Positions 48,094-57,855 are shown, numbered from the stretch's first letter. The stretch: 59,010 nucleotides of DNA from Pseudothermotoga sp. (GCA_031962025.1 JAVRKW010000010.1); one strand, 5' to 3'. The notes: generated by a model from the letters alone, not told the origin. Numbers and translations: made by a program.

Positions 48094-49364
48094 GGATGAT
48101 GAAAATGAGACAGTTCACACTCAAATACGGTGAGCAAACTGTTTCTTTCACCCTGAATGACGATGTACAAATCGACACACTGTATCCAAACAGAGAACTG
48201 GATGCGATTGAAGACCCTGTAAAACAGATCAAAGAATCTCTCAAAAACCCAATCGGGACTGAGCCACTCAAAGATTTGATAAAAAAAGAAAATCCAAAAA
48301 ATGTTGTCATACTCGTGAGCGACCTGACAAGACCCTGCCCATCTCATATTATCGTTCCACCTTTGGTGGACGAACTTCTTGAAGCTGGCTTGAGATACGA
48401 TCAGATAACTATCGTTTTCGGGCTTGGTTTTCACCGCAAAATGACAGATCAAGAAAAGCAAAAAGCGGTGGGGAAAGATGTCTTTGAAAAAATCAGATGT
48501 ATGAATCACGATATTTCAGAATGCGTATTTATCGGTAAAACCAAAAGAGGAACACCTGTGGAAGTCTTCAAGCCCGTTGTCGAGTCCGACTTTATCATTG
48601 CAACCGGGAACCTTGAACTTCACTGGTTTGCAGGATACAGCGGTGGAAACAAGGCTCTTCTACCGGGTGTGTGCAGTAAAAGAACGATCGAGACCAATCA
48701 CTCCTACATGTTTTTAGACGGTGCGGTTGCTGGAAAGATAGAGAATAATCCGGTCAGGGAAGACATCGAAGAAGCGGGGAAAATGGCAAAAGTGAGGTTC
48801 ATAGTCAACGCGGTTTTGAACAGCAAAAAAGAAATTGTGAAAATCGTTTGCGGTGATCCGATACTTGCCCACAGAGAAGGCGTCAAGTACATCGACATGA
48901 TGTATAAGGTTAAAATAGACAAAAAATATGACATCGTGATCGCATCATGTGGTGGATTTCCAAAAGACATCAATCTGTATCAAGCACAGAAGGGTCTGGA
49001 CAACGCTTTTCACGCTGTTAAAGATAACGGAATAATAGTGCTGGTTGCGGAGTGTCGTGAAGGTTTTGGAGAAAAAACCTTCGAAGAGTGGATGAAAAAA
49101 GCCAAAAGCCCCGACGAACCACTGGAATGGATTAAAAAACAGTTTCTCCTGGGCGGGCACAAAGCCGCTGGATTTTGTAAAGTGATGAAAAAAGCCAGGA
49201 TTTTCCTGTATTCGAAAATGGACAAACAGACCGTCGAAAAAATCTTCATGACGCCATTTGATTCTCTGCAGGATGCAATAGACTGCGCATTGAAAGAAAG
49301 TACACAAAGACCAGAGATACTACTGATGCCGTATGCAAACTCAACACTGCCTTATCTTGATTAA
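48090..49364 (+). CDS. LarA-family nickel-pincer-dependent 2-hydroxy acid racemase/epimerase
   Basis: D.TRP.P, G.HR, H.FAGYSGG.K.LLPGV, NPVRED, DINLYQ..K. Confidence 0.9.
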   Translation: MRMMKMRQFTLKYGEQTVSFTLNDDVQIDTLYPNRELDAIEDPVKQIKESLKNPIGTEPLKDLIKKENPKNVVILVSDLTRPCPSHIIVPPLVDELLEAGLRYDQITIVFGLGFHRKMTDQEKQKAVGKDVFEKIRCMNHDISECVFIGKTKRGTPVEVFKPVVESDFIIATGNLELHWFAGYSGGNKALLPGVCSKRTIETNHSYMFLDGAVAGKIENNPVREDIEEAGKMAKVRFIVNAVLNSKKEIVKIVCGDPILAHREGVKYIDMMYKVKIDKKYDIVIASCGGFPKDINLYQAQKGLDNAFHAVKDNGIIVLVAECREGFGEKTFEEWMKKAKSPDEPLEWIKKQFLLGGHKAAGFCKVMKKARIFLYSKMDKQTVEKIFMTPFDSLQDAIDCALKESTQRPEILLMPYANSTLPYLD

Positions 49365-49387
49365 CCCTGCCACCTGGCAGGGTTAAT
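49360..49387. terminator. Bidirectional terminator between convergent genes
   Basis: ATTAACCCTGCCA-cc-TGGCAGGGTTAAT. Confidence 0.85.
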
Positions 49388-50166
49388 TATCTGTTCAAAT
49401 CTTCAAAATTGACAATTTCCAAGATATCCCCTTTGACTATCATTGCATAGATACCCTTTAACGTCAAAAGCTCTACTGTTTTTGCTTTCATATCCAGCGC
49501 CGCATAAATTGGATAAAGTCTGTAGTCTTTCAACACAGGCAAGAACTCTCTGAGCTGTTCAAGCTTTTTCATAAAATCTTCTATATACTCCACCTTATCC
49601 GGATTTGCCTTGACTTCAACTACAAAAGCTTTCTTTTGAGACTCACTCAGCGCAAGAATGTCTATTTCCAAAGACTCACCGCCGCGCCTGATGTACTTTC
49701 TCACATCGATTATCTCAGGTGAAATATTGAAATATTTGCTCAGAGCTATTTCCATGGATGGAGCAAAGATATCTTCGACGAGTATACCCATCTTGTTTGC
49801 CAGCGCTCCCCATTGTTTGTTCATATTCTCTATGTTTTTCCTGCTCCATTCTTTGAAATCACTCATCTCGTCTTTGAAATCAAGCATTTCGTCCTTGAAT
49901 GCTTTCATCTCATCTTTGAAACTCAACATTTCGTCCTTGAATACCTTCATTTCGTCTTTGAATGCTTTCATCTCGTTTTTGAAATCCAGCATTTCATCTT
50001 TGAATGCCTTCATCTCGTCTTTGAAATCCAGCATCTGGTCTTTGAACACCTTCATCTCGTTCTTCAAATTTTGGATTTCTATTTCTGTTTTTTGCTGAAT
50101 ATAAACAAGACGCATCATTGCTTCTTCGATTTTATCCACTCGTTCCTGTACTTCCATCTCTCTCAC
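49387..50166 (-). CDS. Heptad-repeat coiled-coil protein with C-terminal PD-(D/E)XK nuclease-like domain
   Basis: Ten [DN]EMxxFK heptads, then WG.LA..MG...ED, EIDIL and VVEVK. Confidence 0.8.
   Translation of the reverse strand: MREMEVQERVDKIEEAMMRLVYIQQKTEIEIQNLKNEMKVFKDQMLDFKDEMKAFKDEMLDFKNEMKAFKDEMKVFKDEMLSFKDEMKAFKDEMLDFKDEMSDFKEWSRKNIENMNKQWGALANKMGILVEDIFAPSMEIALSKYFNISPEIIDVRKYIRRGGESLEIDILALSESQKKAFVVEVKANPDKVEYIEDFMKKLEQLREFLPVLKDYRLYPIYAALDMKAKTVELLTLKGIYAMIVKGDILEIVNFEDLNR
49851..50060. repeat. Ten imperfect 21-bp tandem repeats (coding)
   Basis: Units like CTTTGAAATCCAGCATTTCGT and CTTTGAATGCTTTCATCTCGT at an exact 21-bp period. Confidence 0.95.
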
Positions 50167-50305
50167 CTTCTTTTATCTTATTTTATCAAAAAAATAAACA
50201 AAAAGACTCTTTCTCAGGATGAAGATGAATGGCAATATGAGCTAACTTCTCACAGCGCCCAATTCTGTGTAAGTGTATGGTAATTCACCACAAGTCAGAA
50301 CGCTT

Positions 50306-50941
50306 TCAAGAATAAAGTCTTCCATCTTTAAGGAAAAATACCCTGTCGCAGAGTTTTGATAGCTGTTTTTTATCGTGTGATACCACAATCACATTGCTTT
50401 TTGTGGATAGTTGCATAATGAATTGCTCAACAAGCTTTTTACTGTCTTCATCCAGATCTGATGTTGGTTCATCCAAAAGCACAACTTTGGGCTCAAAAAC
50501 AAAGCCGCGCGCAAGACACACCCTTTTTGCCTGACCCCCTGAGATCTGCCATGCTTTCTTATCCAGAAGATCAGCTATTTGCAGTTTTTCAGCTATCGTG
50601 TAAACGCTTTTTTGTACATCCTTTGATGGAATCTTTCTGATCTTGAGTGGATAAGCGATATTTTCAAAAACAGTTCTTCTCAAAAGCACAGGGTGCTGTG
50701 GAACATAGGTGACCATCTTTCTAAAATCAAAAACAGCTTCTTTGCTGACCTCTTTTCCCATGAATTTAAAAGAATGCCACTTACCGATGTACAAAAAAGC
50801 AAGATTCAAAAGAAAGGTGGTCTTACCCGCACCGGACGGTCCTGTTATTCCAACTATTCTCTCGTTCATTTTAAAACATTCGACAAACAGTGTGAATTTT
50901 GAATCGTAACTGAAAGAGAGTTTTTCTATTTCATAAACCAT
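50306..50941 (-). CDS. tupC: Tungstate ABC transporter ATPase
   Basis: GPSGAGKTT, ISGGQ, LLDEPT; operon context. Confidence 0.8.
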   Translation of the reverse strand: MVYEIEKLSFSYDSKFTLFVECFKMNERIVGITGPSGAGKTTFLLNLAFLYIGKWHSFKFMGKEVSKEAVFDFRKMVTYVPQHPVLLRRTVFENIAYPLKIRKIPSKDVQKSVYTIAEKLQIADLLDKKAWQISGGQAKRVCLARGFVFEPKVVLLDEPTSDLDEDSKKLVEQFIMQLSTKSNVIVVSHDKKQLSKLCDRVFFLKDGRLYS

Positions 50942-51581
50942 TTTTTGCTCTCCAGCCGGGAAAAGTGGTGATCAGGATATTTATGAAAAAAGCAATCATC
51001 AAAAGCACCACACCTGCCATTATAGCTTCTTTGAACCTTCCCATATTTGTGTAAAGAACTATGGAAGTCGTCAAAACCCTTGTCTTGCCGGCGATATTTC
51101 CCCCAACGATCATCACCGCACCGACTTCTCCAACAACCCTTCCAAAAGCCGTCAAAATACCGTTTATCACACCAGAAGAAGACTCTCTGAGAATGCCAAT
51201 CATTGTCTGTACGTTGCTCGCACCAAGCGTCTTCATGACCAATCTCAATTTTTCGTCCACCGCGGAAAAATGAGTATAGCACACAGAAAAAATTATCGGA
51301 ATCGCTATCAAAACCTGCGCAAAGATCATCGCTGTCGAAGTAAAAAGAAGTTCCAGATCACCCAGCGGTCCATTCCGCGACAGAAGAAGATACACCAACA
51401 ATCCCACAAGAACGGGTGGAATACCTGTCATGACCTGAAAAAACACGACAACCACTCTTTTGAATTTGAAAGAAAAAAAGTCAATGAGCAATGCCAGAGG
51501 CACTGCAATCATGGTCGATAAAAAAATCGCTGTCGAATTGACATAAACAGACCTTAAAGATATTTCAACAATCTCACTCAT
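50931..51581 (-). CDS. tupB: Tungstate ABC transporter permease
   Basis: PPV.VGL.VYLLLSR.GPLG, FGR...EVGA.MIVGGNI...TRVLTT. Confidence 0.9.
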   Translation of the reverse strand: MSEIVEISLRSVYVNSTAIFLSTMIAVPLALLIDFFSFKFKRVVVVFFQVMTGIPPVLVGLLVYLLLSRNGPLGDLELLFTSTAMIFAQVLIAIPIIFSVCYTHFSAVDEKLRLVMKTLGASNVQTMIGILRESSSGVINGILTAFGRVVGEVGAVMIVGGNIAGKTRVLTTSIVLYTNMGRFKEAIMAGVVLLMIAFFINILITTFPGWRAKNGL

Positions 51582-52381
51582 TTTGGCTCGAAAAGCAGAT
51601 TAAAAAGCCTTGTCCCGTTCACAGAAAAGTTTTTGATTACCTTTAAAGTGTCCGGATCAAGAATAAACCTGACAAAATCAAGAGCTCCTGTGTAGTTGAT
51701 CTTATCACTCTTATCTGGATTTACCACGATAACACTGTAAATGTTCAGCAGCTGCGGATCGTTTTCAAAAAAGATTTTCATATCGAGTTTATCTTTAAGA
51801 GCAATAAAAGTAGATCTGTCTGTCAACGTAAAAGCCCTTTTTTCGTTGGCAACCAAAAGCGTTTTTGCCATGTCTTGACCCGTTTGAATATACCAGCTAC
51901 CGGAAGGATTTTTGCCTGCCAGATTCCAGATTTGCCTTTCCTTTTTGTGCGTGCCGGACTCATCAGAGCGCGACACAAAACTCAGCCTGTTTTCATAGAT
52001 ATATCTGAAGACTTCCTGAGCACTTTTCAAAGGCGGAATATTTTTCTCAGTCGGACCGACTATTACAAAATCGTTGTACATAAAGCTCACTCTCAAAACA
52101 CCATGACCCTGTTCCATGAACAGAAGCTCGTCTTGAGGTGAATGTACCAAAAGTACATCTGCATCTGCTCTTTTACCATACTCAAGTGCCATACCGGTCC
52201 CAACTGCAACAACACTCAGAGAATGACCATACTTTTTTTCAAACAACGGCTTTAGCACATCCAAAAACCCCGTGTTGTAAACACTGGTTGTGGTTGCAAC
52301 GATGAGCTGTTTTGCCGTGCATACAGAAGCAATCAGAAGCAGAAAAAAGATGGTTTTTTTAGATGTTTTGCTCAAGCTCAT
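51578..52381 (-). CDS. tupA: Tungstate ABC transporter substrate-binding protein
   Basis: ATTTS, VGTG.AL, MYNDFVIVGP, SR.D.SGTH, TLTDR. Confidence 0.9.
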   Translation of the reverse strand: MSLSKTSKKTIFFLLLIASVCTAKQLIVATTTSVYNTGFLDVLKPLFEKKYGHSLSVVAVGTGMALEYGKRADADVLLVHSPQDELLFMEQGHGVLRVSFMYNDFVIVGPTEKNIPPLKSAQEVFRYIYENRLSFVSRSDESGTHKKERQIWNLAGKNPSGSWYIQTGQDMAKTLLVANEKRAFTLTDRSTFIALKDKLDMKIFFENDPQLLNIYSVIVVNPDKSDKINYTGALDFVRFILDPDTLKVIKNFSVNGTRLFNLLFEPK

Positions 52382-53342
52382 TCAGAACGACCTCTGGCGG
52401 TATATTTTCAAGTGCCGCTATGCGTTTGTGAATTGGCGGATGTGTGCTGAAAAGATCTGCAAAAAAGCCTTCTTTGTTGTTGATACTTCTTTTGAGCGGG
52501 TCTGAAATAAAAAGGTGAGCCGTTGCAACAGTTGCACCTTTGACTTTTCTTGAAGTTTTTTGAGTTTTTGCTATCTTTCTGAGTGCACCAGAAAGTCCTT
52601 TTGGGTTTCTTGTCAATTCAACTGCCTTTGCATCTGCAAGGTACTCGCGAGTCCTTGAAACCGCAAAGATGGTTATTCTGCCAATGAAAGAGAAAAGAGT
52701 TGCTATAAGCGCTATGATTAAAAGTGCAAGGATTATATATGCGGTGCTGTCGCCTTTGTTTTTTCTGTTAGAACGACCTCTGCTGGTCCATGCCATGAAC
52801 CTCAATGAGCGCCACGCAAACAACTGCACCAGCACCATCGTGCCGAGCACCGCACTTATCGTGGTCATCAAAAGCGTATCTTTGTTCAGAATGTGGCTCA
52901 CCTCGTGAGCAATTACACCTTCTGTTTCCTCCCTGTTCAAATTGTTCAAAAGACCCCTGGTGACACAGATCGCACTGTCTTTTTGTTTAAAACCAGTTGC
53001 AAAGGCATTGATGTTTTCATCTTCCATTACATAGACTTTGGGAACGCTCGTCAAGCCAGCGGCGATTGAAATCTCCTCGACGATGTTTTTGAGTTGTTTT
53101 TCTTCAAGCACTTTTTCATTTACCGGTTTTGCACCCACCGAGTTCAGCACCAAAGAAGCACCAGACTGAGTCCCGGCGATTACCTGAACAGATGCGATCA
53201 ATATGAGTATCACCGTTCCAAAAGGAAAGGTTCCGAAAAGACCGTCTATGATGATCCCCAGGGCTGTCATCATGAGCATGAAAATGAAGATCAAAAAATA
53301 AGTTTTTCTGAGATTTTTCTTTTGAAGGGCAAGATAATCCAT
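52359..53342 (-). CDS. htpX: M48 zinc metalloprotease (HtpX-like)
   Basis: NAFATG, HEVSH, SRTREYLAD, STHPP; follows lemA. Confidence 0.92.
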   Translation of the reverse strand: MDYLALQKKNLRKTYFLIFIFMLMMTALGIIIDGLFGTFPFGTVILILIASVQVIAGTQSGASLVLNSVGAKPVNEKVLEEKQLKNIVEEISIAAGLTSVPKVYVMEDENINAFATGFKQKDSAICVTRGLLNNLNREETEGVIAHEVSHILNKDTLLMTTISAVLGTMVLVQLFAWRSLRFMAWTSRGRSNRKNKGDSTAYIILALLIIALIATLFSFIGRITIFAVSRTREYLADAKAVELTRNPKGLSGALRKIAKTQKTSRKVKGATVATAHLFISDPLKRSINNKEGFFADLFSTHPPIHKRIAALENIPPEVVLNELEQNI

Positions 53343-53351
53343 CAGCTCACC

Positions 53352-53909
53352 TCATAAAGAAAGATCCACCTTCGGAGTTTCCTTTTCCATAGCTGCCGCT
53401 TCAAAGAACGGGAACGGCTTAAAACCGAACATCCTTGCGATCAGATTGGTTGGAAAAATCTCTATGGACGTGTTGTACTTCATAGTTGTGTCGTTGTAAA
53501 ACTGCCTTGCGTAGGTGATCCTGTTCTCTGTGCTGGTGAGTTCTTCCATCAACTGGCTGACCTGCTGATTGGATTTGAGCTCTGGATATCTTTCAAAAAC
53601 TGCAATCAAACGGGACAAAGCACCGGAAAGCTCCCCTTCAGCCTTTATACGATCGTCTATTGAGCCACCTGAAATGGCTTTCGCACGGGCATTTATGACC
53701 GCTTCAAGGGTTTCTTTTTCAAACTTCATGTACCCCTTCACCGCGTTCACGAGGTTTGGAATAAGATCGTGCCTTCTTTTGAGCTGAACATCGATCTGGC
53801 TCCAGGCATTCTCCACACGCTTCTTTTTGCTCACAAGTGAGTTATACGCACCTATGAACCAGATGATCAATATAAAAACAACGGCAAGTACTATCCCAAC
53901 TACGATCAT
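53352..53909 (-). CDS. lemA: LemA family protein
   Basis: YN.LV, W.QIDVQL.RR.DLIPNLV, E.YPELK, TENRI..ARQFYN, FPTN. Confidence 0.95.
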   Translation of the reverse strand: MIVVGIVLAVVFILIIWFIGAYNSLVSKKKRVENAWSQIDVQLKRRHDLIPNLVNAVKGYMKFEKETLEAVINARAKAISGGSIDDRIKAEGELSGALSRLIAVFERYPELKSNQQVSQLMEELTSTENRITYARQFYNDTTMKYNTSIEIFPTNLIARMFGFKPFPFFEAAAMEKETPKVDLSL

Positions 53910-53940
53910 TCAAACACCTCCTGATCAAATATACCACAAA

Positions 53941-53967
53941 AAATAAACCCCGGCGTACGCCGGGGTT
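53941..53967 (-). terminator. Terminator after the porin gene
   Basis: AACCCCGGCG-ta-CGCCGGGGTT with T-rich tail on the minus strand. Confidence 0.85.
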
Positions 53968-53985
53968 ATCATGAACCGTCTTAGC

Positions 53986-54975
53986 TTAGAAGCTGACAGA
54001 CATATCCCAAGAAATCTTTGTTGTCTTGTTAGCCGCATCAAAGACCAACGAGATCGTGTGAGAAATAAGATCTTGAGTCCAGCTTGCCCAGCCTGCTGCG
54101 TTGAATGCCAACATATTGGTAACATCAAGAGAAACTTCGGCACCAATTGTTACTGGGTCTAAAACGTTGGTATTCACAGCAAAGCCAAGTGTTTTCGGAC
54201 CAGCAAACGCTACACTGCCGTTGAACTTCTCCATGCCAAAATCAACACCAAGCACGTACTTAGTCGGAACAAAACCAGTTGTTGGAACTTCCAAATAAGC
54301 ATAACCATTCAGGCTACCAGCACTGATTCCAAGAGCTTTTGCAACATCGACCTTACCACCAACAGCTATACCTGGCAACGTTCCAGCCTGTGCATTGCTG
54401 AAGACATCTTTCACAAGAATCTGCAGTGTGACAAAAGAGAATTTCAAGGAGTTCCGAACGTCAAAATCTACCTGGGTTGAACTTGGTAAGTATGCGTAAA
54501 GCGCCAAGTTATCAGATAGATCTCCAGCTTTCATTGCAAAATCAAATGCCAAAGCAGGTGTTTTTTTGGGATACGAAAAACTAGGTTTTGTGACATACCC
54601 CTTGAAATTCGAGCCAGTAACATAAAATCCACGGCTGAGTAAACCTGCTCTGAGTGTTAGGGTCAAAGGATCAGAGACATAAAGTTTCTGCCAAATTTGT
54701 GTTCCCCAGGCCATTGCTGGTGCCCATGTTGATGAAGCATCATTACTCATTACAAGAGTTTTGGGGTAAGCGACAGATAGAGTGAATCCAGTAAGACCCT
54801 GTGATGAACTTGCACTGAAGTCAATTTCACCTGTTACGTCAAAACCAAATCCTGTTGAGGCGTTGCTGGCATCGTAAGTTAAATTAAGCGATGTACCAAG
54901 CCAACCAGAGAAGTTAACTGCACCAAAAGCTGCGACTGTTGCCAGAGCGAGCAATACCACTAAAAGCTTTTTCAT
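53986..54975 (-). CDS. ompB: Putative toga outer-envelope beta-barrel (OmpB/Omp-beta-like)
   Basis: Signal peptide, amphipathic beta-strand pattern, C-terminal Phe; lies after secG-tyrS-ompA. Confidence 0.7.
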   Translation of the reverse strand: MKKLLVVLLALATVAAFGAVNFSGWLGTSLNLTYDASNASTGFGFDVTGEIDFSASSSQGLTGFTLSVAYPKTLVMSNDASSTWAPAMAWGTQIWQKLYVSDPLTLTLRAGLLSRGFYVTGSNFKGYVTKPSFSYPKKTPALAFDFAMKAGDLSDNLALYAYLPSSTQVDFDVRNSLKFSFVTLQILVKDVFSNAQAGTLPGIAVGGKVDVAKALGISAGSLNGYAYLEVPTTGFVPTKYVLGVDFGMEKFNGSVAFAGPKTLGFAVNTNVLDPVTIGAEVSLDVTNMLAFNAAGWASWTQDLISHTISLVFDAANKTTKISWDMSVSF

Positions 54976-55033
54976 ACTTTAACACCCTCCTTCACCTTTA
55001 AAGATTAGTGTTGATTTTACCCCACATGGGGGA

Positions 55034-56242
55034 TCACATTGCACCCACAATCATCGCTGCCACTGCAATTACTATAGCACCAATTACAGCACCTGTGAGA
55101 GCGGCATTTGCCTTTTGAAGCTCATTGATCTTTTCCATAAGCTCGTTTTTGACGTTTTCAATAGTAGTTGTTGTCTGAGCAAACTGTGAGTTCGTATCTT
55201 CTTTGAGAGCTAACAGACCTTCACGCAATTCATCGATCTGGTTGTTCACGCTGTCAAGTTCGTCGAGAACATAGTTGATCTGTTCTTCGTGTGTAGCTGT
55301 AAAATCGTTGAAATTGGATTCAAGATTTGATAATTTTGTTTCAAGCTCGCTCATTCTGTTGCTGTATTCCTGCTTTAAAGCTTCGATGGCTTTGGCATTT
55401 TCATCGATGAGCTTTGCTTTTGTTTCAAGTGCCGATACTCTGTCTGTCAGTTTGCCAAGGTTTTCCTGAGTTCTGTCGAGCTTGATGGAAACATAGCCAA
55501 GCGTCATGACTGCGTTATCGAGTGTTGCACTGATATCACCTATTTTTTCTTCTGCTGCGGAGATTCTCTCACCCTGAGCCATGACCTTTGATGTTAGATC
55601 TTTCAGAACATCTTTCACTGGCTCAAGGGCAAGGAGCTTTTTCTGAACGGTTGAAACCTTGCCATCAAGCTGACTTACAGCCTTTTCCAGTGCAACTACT
55701 CTGTCAATGATCTGTGCATCTGCGCTGCTCAGTTCAGCGAATTTTGCTTCAGAACTCTTCTGCAAATTCGCAATTGCCTCGTACAGTTTGATGACATCTT
55801 TGTCATGAATGTTCACAGTCTGTCTGAGCATCTCAACAGACCTGGAAAGATCAGAGATCTGCGACTTGACAGAATCAATCTCTCCAGAGGTTGTGCTCAA
55901 AGCGTTGATCTTTTTCTCAAGTTCGTCTACCTTCTGAACTGTGGCTCCGAGTTTCAGACTGATCGCATCGAGCACTTTCAAAACATCGGCAATATGTGGT
56001 GCAACTATTTCGGTTTCGAGTAAACCAATCAATCTGCTGATCATTGCTGCTTCTTCATAGCGAGTGATGTTTCGATCTCCTTTGAAAGTACCATCGGGAT
56101 AACCAATGACAATACCCTTATCTTTCAGGTGGCTGACATACGGGTATGCCCAATGGGTGGCAGGAACATCAGGAAACATCCCCGCAGCAAGTACCCCTAC
56201 TGTTGCAAATAGTGCCAGGACTAAAAGGAGAAACTTCTTCAT
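55034..56242 (-). CDS. ompA: Toga anchor protein Omp-alpha (SLH + coiled coil + C-terminal hydrophobic tail)
   Basis: FPDVP..HWAY, GYPDGTFKG...TRYE SLH motif, long heptad region, hydrophobic C-terminus. Confidence 0.88.
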   Translation of the reverse strand: MKKFLLLVLALFATVGVLAAGMFPDVPATHWAYPYVSHLKDKGIVIGYPDGTFKGDRNITRYEEAAMISRLIGLLETEIVAPHIADVLKVLDAISLKLGATVQKVDELEKKINALSTTSGEIDSVKSQISDLSRSVEMLRQTVNIHDKDVIKLYEAIANLQKSSEAKFAELSSADAQIIDRVVALEKAVSQLDGKVSTVQKKLLALEPVKDVLKDLTSKVMAQGERISAAEEKIGDISATLDNAVMTLGYVSIKLDRTQENLGKLTDRVSALETKAKLIDENAKAIEALKQEYSNRMSELETKLSNLESNFNDFTATHEEQINYVLDELDSVNNQIDELREGLLALKEDTNSQFAQTTTTIENVKNELMEKINELQKANAALTGAVIGAIVIAVAAMIVGAM

Positions 56243-56328
56243 AGCTCCAACCTCCCTTCATATTATTTTCTACGGTGGGATTATCTTTCCCCCCACTTTT
56301 CAAAGACCAGAACTAAAGATCATGGTAG

Positions 56329-56358
56329 ATTATAACACCGTTCAGTATCAAAAATCAA
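56329..56358 (-). promoter_or_regulatory. Putative promoter of ompA-ompB
   Basis: Minus strand TTGATT-N18-TATAAT with TGn extension. Confidence 0.6.
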
Positions 56359-56372
56359 GAGTACAAATAAGT

Positions 56373-57566
56373 TTACTGCCTCACGAGTTTGAAAAACTGT
56401 CTTTTGCCAACTCTCAGAATTTTTTCTCTGTCTACGGAGATTTTAGCATATATGTCTGTTATTTTTTCATCGTCCAACCTTACTCCGCCTTGAGCTATGA
56501 TTCTTCTTGCTTCGCTTTTACTCGATACAATTTGCAACTTCACAAGTAATTCTACCAATTCGACATCGTCTTTGTCAAGTACGACAACTGGCATCTCGCT
56601 CGGTAATTCTTTTCTTCTAAAGATCTTTACAAATTCATTTTCGGCATTTTTTGCCTGCTCCGGTCCGTGGAAGAAACTGGTTATTTCAAAAGCCAGTTTC
56701 ATCTTAACATCCCTTGGGTTTATCGATTTGCTGTGAATGAGTTTTTCGTACTGATCTATCTCATTTTCAGGCAGATTTGTCAAAAGCCTCATGTACTTGA
56801 TTATCAATTCATCGGGTATGGACATCAATTTCCCGTACATATCAAACGGTGCATCGTTGAAGGCGATGTAATTTCCATAACTTTTGCTCATCTTCATCTT
56901 TCCGTCCGTTCCTTCTATGATGGGCATTGTCATGACAACCTGTGGCTCCTGTCCCACTTCTTCCTGAATCTTTCTTCCAACCAGCAGATTGAAGTATTGA
57001 TCTGTCCCGCCAAGCTCTACATCCGCCTGAATCGCTACGGAGTCGTATGCCTGAGCCAGTGGATAAAGAAATTCAGCGATTGATATGGGAATATTCGAGG
57101 AATACCTTTTTGAAAAATCATCTCTCTCAAGCATCCTTGCAACCGTATACTTGGAAGCAAGCTTTATGACATCTTTAAAGCTCATCTTAGAAAGCCATTC
57201 GCTGTTGAAACGAATTTCTGTGTTGTTTTTATCCAGAATCTTAAATGCCTGTTCTTGATATGATTTTGCGTTTTGCCTTACTTCTTCTTCAGAAAGCATT
57301 GGACGGGTTGAGTCTCTACCAGATGGATCACCTATCTGTGCGGTGAAATCACCTATTATCAGAATCACTTTGTGTCCGAGTTCCTGAAACTGTCTTAATT
57401 TGAACAGAACAACGGCATGTCCAAGGTGAAGATCCGGTCTTGATGGGTCAACACCGAGCTTGACCCGAAGCTGTTTTTTTCTTTCGAGCTTGCTCAAAAG
57501 ATCCTCCTGATTCACAAAATCCACGACATTTCTTTTCAGGATCTCAAGCTGATCTTTTGGCTGCAT
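56373..57566 (-). CDS. tyrS: Tyrosine--tRNA ligase
   Basis: G.DP...DLHLGH, IGDPSG, YPL.QAYD, GGTDQ, KMSKS, C-terminal S4 domain. Confidence 0.97.
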   Translation of the reverse strand: MQPKDQLEILKRNVVDFVNQEDLLSKLERKKQLRVKLGVDPSRPDLHLGHAVVLFKLRQFQELGHKVILIIGDFTAQIGDPSGRDSTRPMLSEEEVRQNAKSYQEQAFKILDKNNTEIRFNSEWLSKMSFKDVIKLASKYTVARMLERDDFSKRYSSNIPISIAEFLYPLAQAYDSVAIQADVELGGTDQYFNLLVGRKIQEEVGQEPQVVMTMPIIEGTDGKMKMSKSYGNYIAFNDAPFDMYGKLMSIPDELIIKYMRLLTNLPENEIDQYEKLIHSKSINPRDVKMKLAFEITSFFHGPEQAKNAENEFVKIFRRKELPSEMPVVVLDKDDVELVELLVKLQIVSSKSEARRIIAQGGVRLDDEKITDIYAKISVDREKILRVGKRQFFKLVRQ

Positions 57567-57570
57567 TGCA

Positions 57571-57801
57571 TCACCTCGACATGAAAAATGCCGTCAGAAC
57601 ACTGCTCAGGAAAAAGGCTATACTCAAGCCAAGAGTGATCTTACCTGCTGTATCAAGACCTTTTTTTCTGCCAAACATCGTGTAAAGAGAACCAGAACCA
57701 AAAGCACCTCCAAGTTCAGCGAACTTGCTCATCTGCTGAAGAACCATGTAGATCAACCCTGCGCTGATCAGTGAATGAACTATTATCATGAAAGTTTTCA
57801 C
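57571..57801 (-). CDS. secG: Preprotein translocase subunit SecG
   Basis: Two TM helices, VLQQ, LGGAFGSG..T.FG. Confidence 0.9.
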   Translation of the reverse strand: MKTFMIIVHSLISAGLIYMVLQQMSKFAELGGAFGSGSLYTMFGRKKGLDTAGKITLGLSIAFFLSSVLTAFFMSR

Positions 57802-57855
57802 CGGTACACCTCCTTCTTTGTTTATACTATCACATTTTCACAAAATCAATCAAAA

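Noticed and set aside
49851..50060. Regular repeats as a possible CRISPR array
   Set aside because: Contiguous 21-bp units with no unique spacers, in frame within a CDS; no cas genes nearby.
20051..50212. AAAGACTCTT recurring in three intergenic regions (~20051, ~33487, ~50202)
   Set aside because: Short, AT-rich, non-palindromic and next to unrelated genes; cannot be told from chance without a genome-wide count.
49658..50283. Two long plus-strand ORFs (146 and 156 aa)
   Set aside because: Antisense shadows of the stop-free tandem repeat.
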